From Perkinsus olseni (Eukaryota), in NCBI GenBank assembly GCA_013115125.1, contig JABANN010000269.1:1-44752 (forward strand): a DNA stretch of 44,752 nucleotides, read 5' to 3'. This document shows positions 21,088-34,078 of the stretch, one piece after another. The translations under genes were made by a program, and so were the position numbers. The notes below the pieces were generated by a model. It saw only the letters and a list, made by a program, of their open reading frames with translations, had not been told where the DNA came from and did not search any database. Numbering within the stretch: position 1 is the first letter of the stretch; each line of letters starts with the position of its first letter.

Positions 21088-22170
21088 CTATGCTGGAGCG
21101 AGCCTTCGCAAAGAAAGGGTAACGGAAAGCATCGGCGGTTTCGCCAAAAACTGCAACGCCCAGTTGTCGTCACCCTCAGGACAGATGCGAAGTGAGTTCC
21201 AAGTAATCGAGCGCTTCTCGAACATAGTGGTCACGGATATTTCAGGCGCCGGATTTTGGTGCTGCTCGATAGCCTGCAAGCAGTAATCGACCTCCTCTAG
21301 CTCCACCTCAGGAAGGGAACCCGAACCCACCGCCTTCACAGTGCACCGTAGACCTCCCGACTTATCTCCCCTAACAATTCTAACACGAAGGCTATCAGGG
21401 ACCTGCCAATTGGTGGCCGTAGCGAACTCGCCAATAGGTAGGGCACCCGATAAGGAATCTTTTCGACGTTTACTTTCCTTTACAGCGCCGACCGACAGCG
21501 AACGCTTCCGAGAGGACCCAGCAGCGGTTCTACTGTATGCCGTTGGACGTGCGGCGAGCAAGCGCCTAGCCTTGGTAGCAGCGGTTTCAACCATCTTGAA
21601 TCCGCAATGAGCACCATCAATCCTGACATCTTTCAGGTTCGCGTGTAGGCCCATGCCGAGCACTAGCTCCCTACGACCTCTACAGAAGAATATGCCACCA
21701 GAGCCACTAGCCAGGTACTTGAATTCCAGCTCATCGTAGAGGGAGTTCACAAATTTCTTTGCGGACTCACCAGCAACGAAGTGGAAACAACCGAGGATTG
21801 GAACAACACCCAGATTTCCGAAAGAGAACTCCTCATATAGGAAAGCACTTTTATACTGAGCCAGTGGGAGAGCCGAGTCCATCCTCGCAAACATCGTGCC
21901 ATCTGCGGCTCTTGCGGTCACTCTCGCCTGTTGGTGTCCCTGCAACCCTATCGTGACCTCCACCTCCAAGTCACCAAGGTTAGGAGCCGCTTCACACCGG
22001 CCGATGGTCCTGTACGTTCCTAATGGTATCTCAGTGTCTCTTACGTTGTTTGTGGGGATCGTCATTTTTCTACTAGGGCCCCCAGTGGACCCCTGAACGA
22101 CCTCAAAAAGCATCAGCGTCTCCAGTAATACCGATAAGATCAGCTGTGAATTCGTCGACGGAACTGTCAT
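21088..22170 (-). CDS. Single-exon hypothetical protein, probably secreted, lineage-specific
   Basis: Long uninterrupted ORF (track 21088-22203). The first ATG at 22170 gives MTVPSTNSQLILSVLLETLMLFEVVQG, a hydrophobic leader. Two similar module starts (IPLGTYRT, LPIGEFAT) are separated by a basic linker (RKRSLSVGAVKESKRRK). Confidence 0.7.
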   Translation of the reverse strand: MTVPSTNSQLILSVLLETLMLFEVVQGSTGGPSRKMTIPTNNVRDTEIPLGTYRTIGRCEAAPNLGDLEVEVTIGLQGHQQARVTARAADGTMFARMDSALPLAQYKSAFLYEEFSFGNLGVVPILGCFHFVAGESAKKFVNSLYDELEFKYLASGSGGIFFCRGRRELVLGMGLHANLKDVRIDGAHCGFKMVETAATKARRLLAARPTAYSRTAAGSSRKRSLSVGAVKESKRRKDSLSGALPIGEFATATNWQVPDSLRVRIVRGDKSGGLRCTVKAVGSGSLPEVELEEVDYCLQAIEQHQNPAPEISVTTMFEKRSITWNSLRICPEGDDNWALQFLAKPPMLSVTLSLRRLAPA

Positions 22171-22901
22171 GATCTCCGAGGACTGAACTACAGGCAACAG
22201 CAAATGCGCACGGAACTAGCTACAACCGAAGCTCCCGAGTTCAACCTCAGGATCCGGAGTTCGGTTCATCCTGATCGAACTTACGAAGTTCGGACACCAG
22301 AGGCGGAACAGGACGCTACTGCCCTGACTTAGCGGCTACCAGGGCCCTCAGTGGGGAAGGACTAGAAAGCAACTCCTAGACAGATTACCGTGAGTTATAA
22401 GAATAAGATCGGGAAACTACTTCGCGCGAGAGGCTAGAGCAAGCTATCTTGGAAAAGTATCATCGTGCGGCGAGGCGATCGAAGGGAAAACGTTTCCCTA
22501 CGAAAGTCTGAGATCTCCAAATGATGTGGTAGTGGCACGGTTTCGGCTACTGCTCTAAGTAGTGATACATCAATGGCTCGTCCACACTCCGCAGGACCAA
22601 ACCGACGGGAGTGGGACCCCTCATCGAGCATCATAGTACTCTTCGATGGACTTTCTCCGCGATATTCAGCGTGATCGCGCTTCCATCATCCTCTCAATAT
22701 TCACCGGACTTACACCGTGCACAGGCAGAGGTGAGACCTGTCGCCGAGGGCTCCTAGGCGTACATGACCCTTCAATTGATGCGAACACAGTAAGGGTACC
22801 AGGACCACACGAAACGAGTAACATAATGGTTAAAACTAGCAACTGTATACGATGATGATTGTAACCAAGTTGGACAGGAAGACGAAGAGTTCGTGGTAGT
22901 A

Positions 22902-25900
22902 TCACAGTGCTCGAGGTACGAAACGACCGGTCTTTTCATTATTCTTGATGATGTCCATGTCAATAGTGCCGCGGATGAACCTAAGATACACTCCAATACT
23001 CCAGCTGATGCAGTGGCAATGATCGAGGGGCGAAGGCCCGGCACCTACGCGGATTTGAGCTGCTCATATCTTCTTTTGGACAGCCTCAGATCTGCCAGGT
23101 TCCGTCGCAGATAGCTATCTGTTTCGCCATGTGAGTCCTCGTAGGGCCCGTCCCAGATGCAGTTCCTCGGCGCAGCTACGGCAAGGACCTGAGCTGCAGA
23201 ATGAAAGCAGGGAAGAGGCAGACGGCCCGTCGGCCAGTCTACGCAGCACTCGACAGATCAGGCAAGTTAGTGGTTGAGCAATTCCGTTGGACATAATACC
23301 GTCATACTCCACGACAAACGGTTGCCCTCGTGTGATGACCCACACGAGCGCCTCCAACAGCGATTGAAAGCGTCGTTGCTTACCACTGACGCATAAGGCA
23401 TTATGAATAGACCTTGGCCACCTCCGCATGCCCGAGCATGCTGAGTACATTCGCCCTCAGCCTGACCGGGGGTTCGGCAACAGTCGCCATCCAAGCACAA
23501 TACCTGAGTGATAGAACGGCGCCAAAGGAAGACGAACTTTGAAGATTGAGGAGCCCTACATCTCCGCACAGTAAACACACGACAGGATCAAGAGGCTTCG
23601 AGTGGCAGTTATTGCATTCACGCGACAGGGTTCGACGAACGAGCTGCAACATATCTGAAGAAAGCCACGGGCAATGACAGGTGTAGAGAACATAAAAACA
23701 CACGGAAAAGGGTTATTAGAATAAGAGAGCCTTTTTTGATGCTGTGGATGACAATCCTTGTGTATGTGACGATCCGAGAATTGACTCTTGGATTCTATGA
23801 TACACAATGAGAGTCCACTAAGACCACCATCCACTCAATCAACGATGATACGTGGTCTCAGTTGCCCTCCAGAACGACGAGGGACGGACTTCTCACTCCT
23901 CACCATTGCGGCGATATCACGCGTAAGACTCCAAGGTCATTCGCAGCACCAGATCAATCATCCGTCCCCGAGGCAAATCAACATTTCATGCGAGCAACAC
24001 CATAAACTGGACCGTCCGCTGTACTGTAGAAGCGTAGCCTCTAGCCTCGCGAGATCGAGACATCAGCATCGGCCGACCGGACTCACCAGTAGGCAGCTCG
24101 ATGAAGGCCACCATTCTGGAAGAAAACATCGGCCGAGGCCTCGCTGAGACCGTAGGGAGGGCGCTCAAGTCCACGAGATCCATCGCATTGAGAGGGTCTG
24201 GTATCTCCAGTACACTACAGATGGTGTGCCACGCTTCCTTCGGATCACCCAAGCCTGAACACCGGAGGAACGGAGCTGCCGGGCCCACAGATGGCAGCAA
24301 TACTTCAAGTGGGCGATTGTACTCGCGCCGGTCACCTCACCTGCAAACTGTAATCGGTTGAGGTCGGCCTCATCGAGGGCGTTCAGAGACGCCACCGCCC
24401 AGCAGACCATCATCCCGACCTCCGTCAAGTGCTCCAAAGCCGTTTCTGATAAGGGCAAGTGACCAAGCATCCACTCGCGGCTGCTCACCATCATCTTCTC
24501 CAGCTGTCTTGTGTGCGTACCACACCTCGCCCAACTCATGAGACAGCTCAGTTTGGCTTATCCGCCGACCCGTCACCCGAGCGAGAATCTGCAAGACAGC
24601 CGATGAGCACAGCATGACATCCGATCTCGGCCGACGGATCTCACGTTCATTTCCCGGTTATCTCCTTTCGGATCGCTATTTCCCGTCATGAGCTCAGCGG
24701 CCAAGGCACGTAGGAGTATCGCAAAAGTTGGTACTTGATGTTGAGGCTCCGTACCTGAGGCAGAGACGATTAAACCGACATTAGCAGCACATTCACGGAA
24801 GCAAGCACACGGAAGACCACTCACATGCGCATTCAACCACCACCGACGGCAGAGTGGCCATCACTCCCACTAGGTGACTATACCTGATCAGACACCACAA
24901 TCTCACCGCTGGAAAAATCCATCCAAAAATGAGCGGCTTACGCGATGTTCAGCAGCATATCGACCCGCGACTTTTTCTCACTGTTCTCGGCTTCCCCTTC
25001 CATAGGACGATCTCTCGATTCCCATACTCTAAACGGTGGCGATGCCGAGCTGTTATCGACCAGAACCCCCTACGCCTTCACGAGGTTGTTCATCTCGCAG
25101 GTCGCCATTGCCCGGGCAACTCGATCAGGACCGATGGAATCCCGATCCCAGGGCGTCCACCACTTAGCTTCAGGTGTCGTCAAGACGCTGAGCTTCGTGT
25201 AAGGCAGGCACAGGTTGGCCAGGGAACGGCCTGAAGGCACCGCAGCAATGGCAGGACAGGGGCCCAGCGAGGCGTACACATCGGGCAGGGAGCCTCGCCC
25301 TTCTCGACATCGACGAAGAAGAAGTCGTGATGACCCTCATGGCGCATGCGTATAGCCGCACGATGCTTGCTCCAGCATTTGGAATGTACCTTCACACGGG
25401 CTATGAGAGCCGCTGAACATGCCAAGATAACGGCAACCGAGGACGTAGGAGGGTATCCAGACAGAATCAAGCGGAGCGAAGCAATGATTTTAACTTGCTC
25501 GGAGCAGCGCTCACCATATGCCCGCAGCTGTTGATGTACGCTCCAATACCCTTGCCGTTCAACCCCGGACCCGCCACTCGTCCGCGGCCAAGCTAATAAG
25601 AAACGAGAGATGACTCCCTCGACTGTTGGGCTGACCCGTCTTACGTCCGCTACCACGCACAGAGGTCCAGTCCGTTGAAGGTTCTCTATGGTATCCGCCT
25701 CCCTGCAGAGGGCGCACTCCTGGTCCGACTCCGCCGGGCCCGCGCCGCTCACTTGAGAATCAGAGGCCGTCGCTACTGACAAAGCAGCCACTACTCGACA
25801 CCACTCAGTGGACAGCCTTCCCACCATCACCGGAATCCCCCTTCGCGCCATCCCGGGCTCCGAACAATCGCTTAAGTATCCCCTTGCCCTCCTTCCGTGT

Positions 25901-28900
25901 GGCGGCACCCTCCTTCAACTGCTTCCGCATCGAGTCCAGGAACTCCTCTTGCCGCTTCTTCATGACCTTCATGATCAGCCGTTGCCGCTTCTTAGCGTTC
26001 TCGAGACGACGCTGTCGAGTATTCGGACCGGACCTGAACGCGGTGACCTACGTCCTGAATAGGGTCGGGACAGCATCCTTACGGTGCGCCCTCTACTGAG
26101 ATCCCCTCCGAGCCAGACGCCGTGGGTTGTACTGCGCTAGCATGCCCTCTTCGACTCATCACTGACTTCACGGTACGGCCCAGAATCGGTAATATCTCAT
26201 CCAGCTGTGATAACTCTTGCAAGGTCTGAGGGTAAGGAGGCCAGAGTGACGACGAGTGGTGCCATGTCAGCCTACCGAGCGCATCAGCTGTGACCAACTC
26301 TCATGCTCATCCTCACTGTAGCGAATGTTCTCTTCCTTCAGTCGGAAGATGCCATCAGGCTTGAAGTAAACATCGATCCTGAAGCCCATCATACTGACAA
26401 AGGGTTCGGTTCGGCTGCCATCACTCACCTTCCACCACGACCATAACCAAGTACAAATCCTGAACGACCGTTCAACTCCTGTTTCACTAGCAAGTCGTGA
26501 GCGGTCACAATCTGAGAGAGAACTAGTGTAGCAAGCTTCAGCCTCTGCTGGGTGCCTCACCGTCCCGACGCCATGATAACTGTTAAGTGCAGCCGTCCTG
26601 GTTACACTCTCAGGAGGAATGGACTGGGCCTGTGGGGAGATGAAGTGTGGTCAGGATCGCCATAGGGAACTTACTAGGAGATCTGTCAGGCGAACAGCGA
26701 TACCGATGGTCCAGTCCAAAGCCGACAGCTTCGCCGAGGACATGGCGCTGCCAGTCGCCGTCGCGGCCTGCCAGGGCCAACAGGGTGCATCACGACCCGC
26801 CAGGAAGAGGGCTCACATGCACTTCGAAGGTCCTTGCCTTGATGAGTACGAATATTAGCTCGTAGATGTCGAATGGTGGCGAGGCCGAGTCTGGACCCGT
26901 CAGAGTCAACTGGAGTAGGAGAAGGCACGATCTCTCAACACAAAGGAGCTGGTCGCCCTACCGACTCAGTGATGCCTTCGGTGAAGAGGTGGAGCATCGA
27001 CGGAAGGCATTCGATGTCGTCGCTCGGGCCGACCATCCCCACCTAACAACGACCGCACGTGGCAAGCCATCTGGGCTGCTCAGGTGCCTCCTCACGTCTG
27101 GCTTGGACAGGGCATGCTCCATTGCCGCTTCCCGCTGTCTAGAGTTGCCAAAGGCAAGACAGTAGGCATCGTAGTAGGGCCAACTGCCACTCTTCAGACT
27201 GTAACTGAGACAGGACGCTTGGTTGCTGCTGTTGGATGACAAGTGCCCTCTAGCGTTCACGTGAAAGGCTTAGAACACGAACAAACAAGCGACAGATCGC
27301 TCCACCTAGGAGGGCTTCGTACCCCCTTCTGAGGTTCACGTTAATTCAGATCATGCCACACTCAATACACCCCAGCCGAGGCTGATGCCCCACTGAGAGA
27401 CCACTAGGAAAGCTGTTCCTTGCCATAATACGGTTGTCATCCACCCAACGGCAGACAGCGGCGTGACCGAGGACCGAATATCCCATCCTACACTGTTCGA
27501 CCAGAATGCTCCTCCACGCTGGAGTCCTCCACCAGGACATCCTCTGACCGTGCCCTCTCCCTAGGGACGCTACCGTTGCTAGTGCCAGCCCTTTGAGCTA
27601 CACACAACAGCACTCCGCCAAGCTGCGCACCACTACGGTCTAAACCTACCAAGGTGCTCCAATTCTGAGGAGATGACGGCCTCGCAGGAGCGTAGGGGAC
27701 CGGGGAGGTACATGGCCAACTGGCCGAAGGTCAAGTTCTTGTACGCCAACACCTGCACCCAGTAAGCACTTCCATCAGGAGAACCCCATGCTCGCAAAAA
27801 AAGCTGTTTCACGAGACTGTAAGAGGCGACACGAAATAGATCGCATTTCGCCTTCTTTACCGAGCCAGATTCCCGCGAAATTTGGTATTAAAGTTACCAC
27901 CAACCATCGGCTTATGGTGTACAAAAAAATCTCTCTACAACGGTATAAAGTAGTGGTAGCCGACCACAACGGATTAAGCTCGCTCACAGCAGCAAGACGC
28001 TCTTTACCTGAACGATCGCTCGCTTCGCCAGATACGCAGCTTCGTCGTATTCCCGAGTCCCTTCCTGCGGCCCGTGGTTCCTGCAAGAGAAGCAAATGCC
28101 CTGGCAACTACGGTAACGGGAGTCAGCTTACTTCTTCTCATGTGAATGTCTAAATACTTGCTTCATGGTGACCCAGTAGGGGCTGGCGACACAGTTGAGC
28201 AGCAGTTCGAGCAGTACTGAGGTGTAGCATCGCTCCGCTCTCCCATCTGTTGATAGGGAGTCTCCAGATGGCAGCAGACTCGACCTGAACGAATGATACA
28301 GCAACACGCAGAGACATCTACTACAGCAGCCCAATAATGCTGTACTTGACGTAAATTTGGCAAAACAAGGTGCGTGAATCTAGTAGACGATCGAGATTCA
28401 ACCGGTATGTATACGTGACGGGCCATTGTCTCCTGCAAGTCACGACACTGCACGACGCGGAAAGCCTCATTGGTTTCATTGGTGTTCTCCAGAGCGCGGG
28501 TGGAACTCTATCCACGTACTATCATTATCAATCCCCATAGTTCAAATTACATTATTAGAGGCAAATATTTTTATGATGATGACGGATAATTATCACAAAT
28601 ACTACATATCAATCAACGTAAGACTAACACGATAACTATCAATGATGATAGTCTATCATGATAGTCCACCATACCGTACCTGACGATCCTCCTCCAGAGT
28701 GTCCGCATGCAGTCGGCATCCCCAAAACGACTAACCTCCATCATGTTCCAAACAGTAGACTCTGCTGCCGCTGCAGTCGCGGCACTGACACACACGGCTG
28801 CTGCGCTGGTAAACATCCTCAACGCCTGCCTACCTCTCGCTATGCTGTTGCTGTCGGCGCCAGGTCATCTCCTCAGCCTCGCCCGCTGACACTATCCGAT

Positions 28901-31900
28901 CTTGCAGCACCGAGGACATGACCACCATAAGGGGCTGCACCCTCCCTTCAGAATTGTGCTTCCAATGCTCCTTCAATAGGATCAGGCACAGTTGAACCTA
29001 CACAACAGCAGCAGTCTCGAGAGGCCTGCGAAGGAGCGGGAGGGGCCCACCGTAGCCTCATCAGAGTTCTTCAAGCCCATATTGAAATACTCGCTACGCT
29101 GTTGCTGCATCGCTCCGCCATTACGCACCCACAGGTTGTCATGTATCTCCCCTGAGCAACAACAGCCGTCATCGTCAAAGGCAGCGGCAAGGAAACTCAC
29201 CCGAGAGGGTCAAGACATTAATAGTGGACTTCATCATAACAACGAGAGCGTCCACAGTGAAGACGTCCAGCCATTTAGCCATGTCATCGTCCGAAGCCGA
29301 GAGTAGCAGGTCGAAGTTGACACACGATGTGAGCAGCCTGATACAAGCAGCCGTCACTCCGTGCTCTACTGCCATACCACAACTCTACCTAATCAGAGGC
29401 GAGTGGAAGGACTTGCTCGTCCTCGGAGAGGGGATGGGAGCCTCTTTGTAGCGAGCCATGATAGCTCCGACTAGCTCCCTGTAGAAGCCCATCAGGGAGT
29501 CGACGCTCCTCTCCGGTGCCGAACAATACGACCCCAAACTCCTCAGCGTCGACGCCAGGCCACCTTCAAGCTTGAATGCCGTACGCCACGCCCTAGCAAC
29601 GACAACATCACCCGACTGGCGCGTCCCAGAGGATACCTACTTATTCTCGTAAGTGACATGCTCGACCATCGCCCTTTCCTGCGGGTTCATCCAACTCATC
29701 ATCGACACACTAGCCAACAACTGCTGTTGCATCTCTGCGCTCTGCAGGAACATCTCACACAGCTGGGGATGGTACAGCACCTGAGCCATCGCTTCCACCG
29801 TCGCCCCCCTCCCCCGCAGGCAGGCTTACATAGCTGATGTCATGCGTGACTCGCCAAATAGTCATGTCGAGCTCCCGAGGGCCCGAGCCCATCAATACCG
29901 ACAAGTCAAGCGTGTGGCTCTGGTGATTATAAATGCCCTCGAACAGCGAATGAAGGCGATTGAAGAGAATCTGTGTTCGGCACGCATCAACCTAAGATTC
30001 CTCGCATTATCATCCTCACCTCCAGCAGATTGCCCCTGTCCGGTCCTATTGCACCCGGCTTCATAAGGGCTACGCAAATCTCAGGAATAGTCAGCAGCTG
30101 CACCGACATGCCGGCGATGTCCGCCGGTGGGGCCTCCTCGTCCTCCTGCACACTCTGTGCGCTCGAGCTGGACGTGCCCGATGCCTGGTACTGCTCCACG
30201 TTGAAGCTAAGGAGAGTCACAGATCATGGCATGTATCCTACAGGAATTAACGTAGTAATACAAAGTGACTAAATTTCGATTGAGAATTTCTCGTACACAA
30301 ATGAGTGTTGGACGCCGAGTTTTTGAGGGAGTTTCAAAGATGTGTATGCCCAGTTCCCCTCTACTTTGCCAGGCCATCACGTCACGTGAATTCATCAATT
30401 TTTCCCGTGCAGCCACGTTGATTCTCCTGTCCCTTTTGGCCACAAAAACCAGTCACTTTACCAGCGGCGGTAGGGGCCCCTATCGTGCTTACCTCGATAT
30501 CTGATCGTAATGGCACATGAAGATCCTGGTGAACTGCAGCTTGAAGGTTGGCGAGAGTTGGGACATCATCAGTATGAAGTCGTTCACCGCTTGGAGGACC
30601 TGTAGGGAGAAAGGGCGGCGCTGCAGGAGAGATACTGCAGGCACAAGGTACCCTTTTGAAAGGGTTCATGGCGAAGGAATCCCTCTGTTGCGACAAAAGG
30701 TCTTCCATCGTCCGCATCAGGACGTCTCCGTCCACCTCCTGCCTCAGATGCTCCTCCTCGCCGCCGTTCTCGTCCTCACTATCGTTGATACTGGCAGAAT
30801 CAGGCGAGTGGTCTGATTAGAAAAGCACGGCTCAACCCGGGATCGAACTCGCGTCACCAGCTTAGCGGACCGCTCCTTCCCCCTGCTCACCTGTTTGCTG
30901 GTTCGTATTCTCCTCCTCCTCTTCGCCATGTCCCCCCCCTGCGGCCATCGCAGCCGCTGCCGCTGCTTCCAAGGCCGCCGCAACCCGTTCATCACCGTCG
31001 TCCGGCAGCATCGCCAGAAAATCTACCAGCAGGCAGGACCCCTCTAAAGCCTCCCCCCATTGGCAACCTCTCACCATCCATGTCCTCCAGCCCGTCCACG
31101 TCTTCCTCCATCTCCTCGTCATCATCATCCTCATCACCGAACCGCAAGGCGGTGAAGGGCAGACCGGGCTCAGCAGCCTCCGAGCTCATCTAAGTCCATT
31201 ACAACCATACAGCAGAGGAGAACTCATGCCGCAGAGGTGCCGTTTTCATCGCCTTTATTTGTAGGAAATTCTATCATGCTTATTCAGTAATATCTATCTA
31301 CTGAATTCTCTTAGATATCAGTATTGTAGTTTAATAATATATAGTCCTCATGTGTAATGGAAAACCCAACTAGTCGCCTTCCCGCCCCACGTGCCTGCTT
31401 GAACTCGTCGCCCACTCGGCGGACCAGCTTCTCGTTGGCCATCTCATTGAAGGCCGCCAACATGTCGTTCAACATACCTAATCAACGCTCCATCGGAAGT
31501 CGAAGTTGGCAGCAGTCGTAGCAGACTCACTGGCCCCGGGCCCTCTAGACGGTATTGGTCTCGACAGCCTCTCCGTGATGAAATAGCGGAAACCCAAGGA
31601 TGCCTAAGATTGCAAGATCACCACCAGGAAACTCCCAAAAGCCCTTCTACCTTAGCTTGACGGAGCAGCCAAGTGATGATGCCTTTGACCACCATCACAT
31701 CCACCGGCCGTCGCTGCAGCACGCGGGTGAGGTACTTTAACACTGCGGGCACGCAGGCCTCGCTGAAATCAGCATTACTGTCACCAAAAAGGGGGCGGAC
31801 GTGAAGCAGAGAAATTGCAGTAACACAAGGACAGCAACACGAATAGCGATGATAGCATTGGCTGTCCGTGCTCAGGCTCCCTCTAGATTGAGTCTTTGAG

Positions 31901-32628
31901 GTATATTACATCCGTTTCTGTTGCTCCAAAGGCATGGCATCGAAGGCCGCCCTGCTATCATCTTCCTTAGCAAGGCCCTGGTCAAACGGGAGAGCGAGAA
32001 TCTCCCAACCATTTGGACCCTAGTTCGAGTCCTACCTGGTGCTTTGAACAGAACCCGCTCTTCTTCCAGCTAGCCTCATCACCGCAATCACAACAGCCAC
32101 CGACCGTCCCTACACCACACCTCCTTCGGCCGTCACACGCCGTCCCATCTCACTTATCAGCTTCACATGATGGCCTTCATGATTCCCTCCATAGAAGCAA
32201 TCGGGGCAAACAACGCAATTGGAATCAAGCTCGCAATCTAGACACCTGAAGGCTATGCCACCAGTACCTGCACACACGCTACCACTCCTTCCGCTGATCG
32301 CCCCGAAACCTCCCCCAATTTGCTACTACCCCATGTAACTGGACACACTCCTACTATATGCCCTGCGTTCGACTCAGCCGGTGACGGACCCGGTCCGAAA
32401 ACCTAGAAAAAGTTGGTATCATTTCTGCCCAACAGCAGTACGACCATCAACACCCTTACCAATTTATCCAGTTTCTTGATCGGCGAAGACACGTCCCGCT
32501 GAGATCCTGTTATCAGTTCGGGCACCGCTTCCTCAACCTTCAAGGTCGCCGACTGAAACCCAGCACCGTCGGCGCACAGCAGACCCAGAGGGGGAGGAGC
32601 TCATCACTACCATGGAATTCCGCTTCAT
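22902..32628 (-). CDS. UBR1: UBR1/PRT6-type N-recognin E3 ubiquitin ligase (N-degron pathway); many exons
   Basis: Spliced UBR box at about 32037-32350: VCPVTWGTGGIAFRCLDCELDSNCVVCPDCFYGGNHEGHHVKLIRTVGGCCDCGDEASWKKSGFCSKH. Then FKLQFTRIFMCHY and MSVQLLTIP, RING-H2 pieces (CALCRE, VHSKCW, DVEKGEAPCPMC|RSLANLCLP), and the C-terminal domain (CLLCG, CTQHARACGGGQGLFI, GPYEDSHGETDSYLRR) ending TGRFVPRAL* at 22902-22904. The start is approximate. Confidence 0.92.
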
Positions 32629-32845
32629 CGAACCACTACGGGCCCTCGCAGAAGACTTAGTGCCGGGCGTCGCTGACAGAAGATCTCATGAAAATAATTT
32701 CACATGAAGAGCTATACGGTAAATTGATAAAGAAAAATCCAGATTCAAACATGATATGAAGAAGTAAATTTTGGAGCTCGCCCTCCGCTACTCTTGTCGG
32801 AATTCTAAAGGATTCCACTGACAGCGCGTGGGGCTACGATTCTCA

Positions 32846-32954
32846 GAGGGTGTTCAATAGACGGCTGCCTTCTCTGAGTTCTGGGAGCGATCCACCGGGA
32901 CTTAACTCCCCGTGCAGGAGGCGATCCTAGGATTGCAATCTGTTGAACACCCGG
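32846..32954. mobile_element. MITE-like element related to 12436-12553
   Basis: Terminal inverted repeats GGGTGTTCAATAGA / TCTGTTGAACACCC match at 13 of 14 positions. Flanks are TCA and TTA, at the same 7-nt offset from the TTCA core as in the first element. Intergenic, no coding capacity. Confidence 0.5.
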
Positions 32955-33143
32955 TTAGTTTCCGGGACTCTTGAAAATTGTCGTTCACCAAGGGATTGCG
33001 ATGACAGAGCCGGCCAAGCAGGAGAGGGGCTCGACATACACATGCTGCGATAGACCTCTCCAGAAAATCCGCAGTGGACACGCCCTAGTTGACGATAAAT
33101 TCACCACGAAAGTTAAAAGATGAGTAGTGGGACATCATTCCCA

Positions 33144-34078
33144 TCATGATGAACAGACGAAACGATGTGTGATTATGAGTCCTAATAACGCCACAAAAGC
33201 AGCCCCCTCCCGTCCACACCACAGCGGCGGCCTTTCTACTACTCTTCTGCGGTCCTTGCAGTGACATCCTGCTGGATGCAGCAGCGGCATCGACAGGAGT
33301 TCCCTCAGCATTGAATAGCCGTTTGACATCCTCTACCGTCCAGGCCCTCCCTCGACTGTTAGCCCTAGGACGCTGTGCCTGACACACTGCTCTTAGCGAA
33401 CGATATCTACTACGATGGTGATGACAGTTGGCAACTGATGAGGACTCCTAGGTCTGCATAGAGTATCGTAGCCACGTTATTATTCCACCACGCCCGTCTG
33501 CTATGGCCACCAAACTACGACCAAGAGACGACTCATTACACAGGAGAGGCCGCCTATGATCGGTCCATATGATAGAGTCAGCAACAACACGCTCCTCAAT
33601 CGATAAGTGCCGCCAGACTGCATTGTATCACTACCCCCTTCCCAAGTATGACCTCTTGTTCTTGCTGCTGGTCCGCCTCTCTCCTGGCTTGTTCGCTGTC
33701 CATGTTGAGAACCCACCAACTGGACCGATCCATCCCGCGTCACTCGCACCGAAATTCAAACCACTTGTGTGTTCTTTGCCGTGCTACTGGTAACGCAAAC
33801 ATCAACCTTTACGGGAAACAAAAAAGCGTTACTGTCGACCGGCAATAAAACACTACGGCGCCGTCGCTTTCACTCGACCAGTCATCACCTGTACCGAAAA
33901 AATCCGCGCATACCCCAACAACTACCAATGCTACTTAGTCTGCTCCTCCTTCAACGCCTCCTTCTCAGCCAACCTGAGACGATTGAAATTACCGAGAAAG
34001 GCAAGTAATGAGGTCCTACTGGGAAGCGGCCTTTGTGGCGGCGACAGCTTCGGGATAGATATCGCCAGAAGGCTTCAT
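33144..34078 (-). CDS. Small multi-exon hypothetical protein, possibly tail-anchored (needs a 1-nt frameshift near 33205)
   Basis: Short GT-AG introns can join MKPSGDIYPEAVAATKAASQ|LAEKEALKEEQ ... WWVLNMDSEQARREADQQQEQEVILGKG|ERVVADSIIW ... RAWTVEDVKRLF. A hydrophobic tail AAFVALLGLII lies in the adjacent frame. The model is tentative. Confidence 0.4.

Noticed and set aside
31190-31394. Possible GC-AG intron in UBR1 (CAG|GCACGT)
   Set aside because: An in-phase canonical GT donor (CGA|GTGGGC) lies a few codons upstream, so GC is not required.
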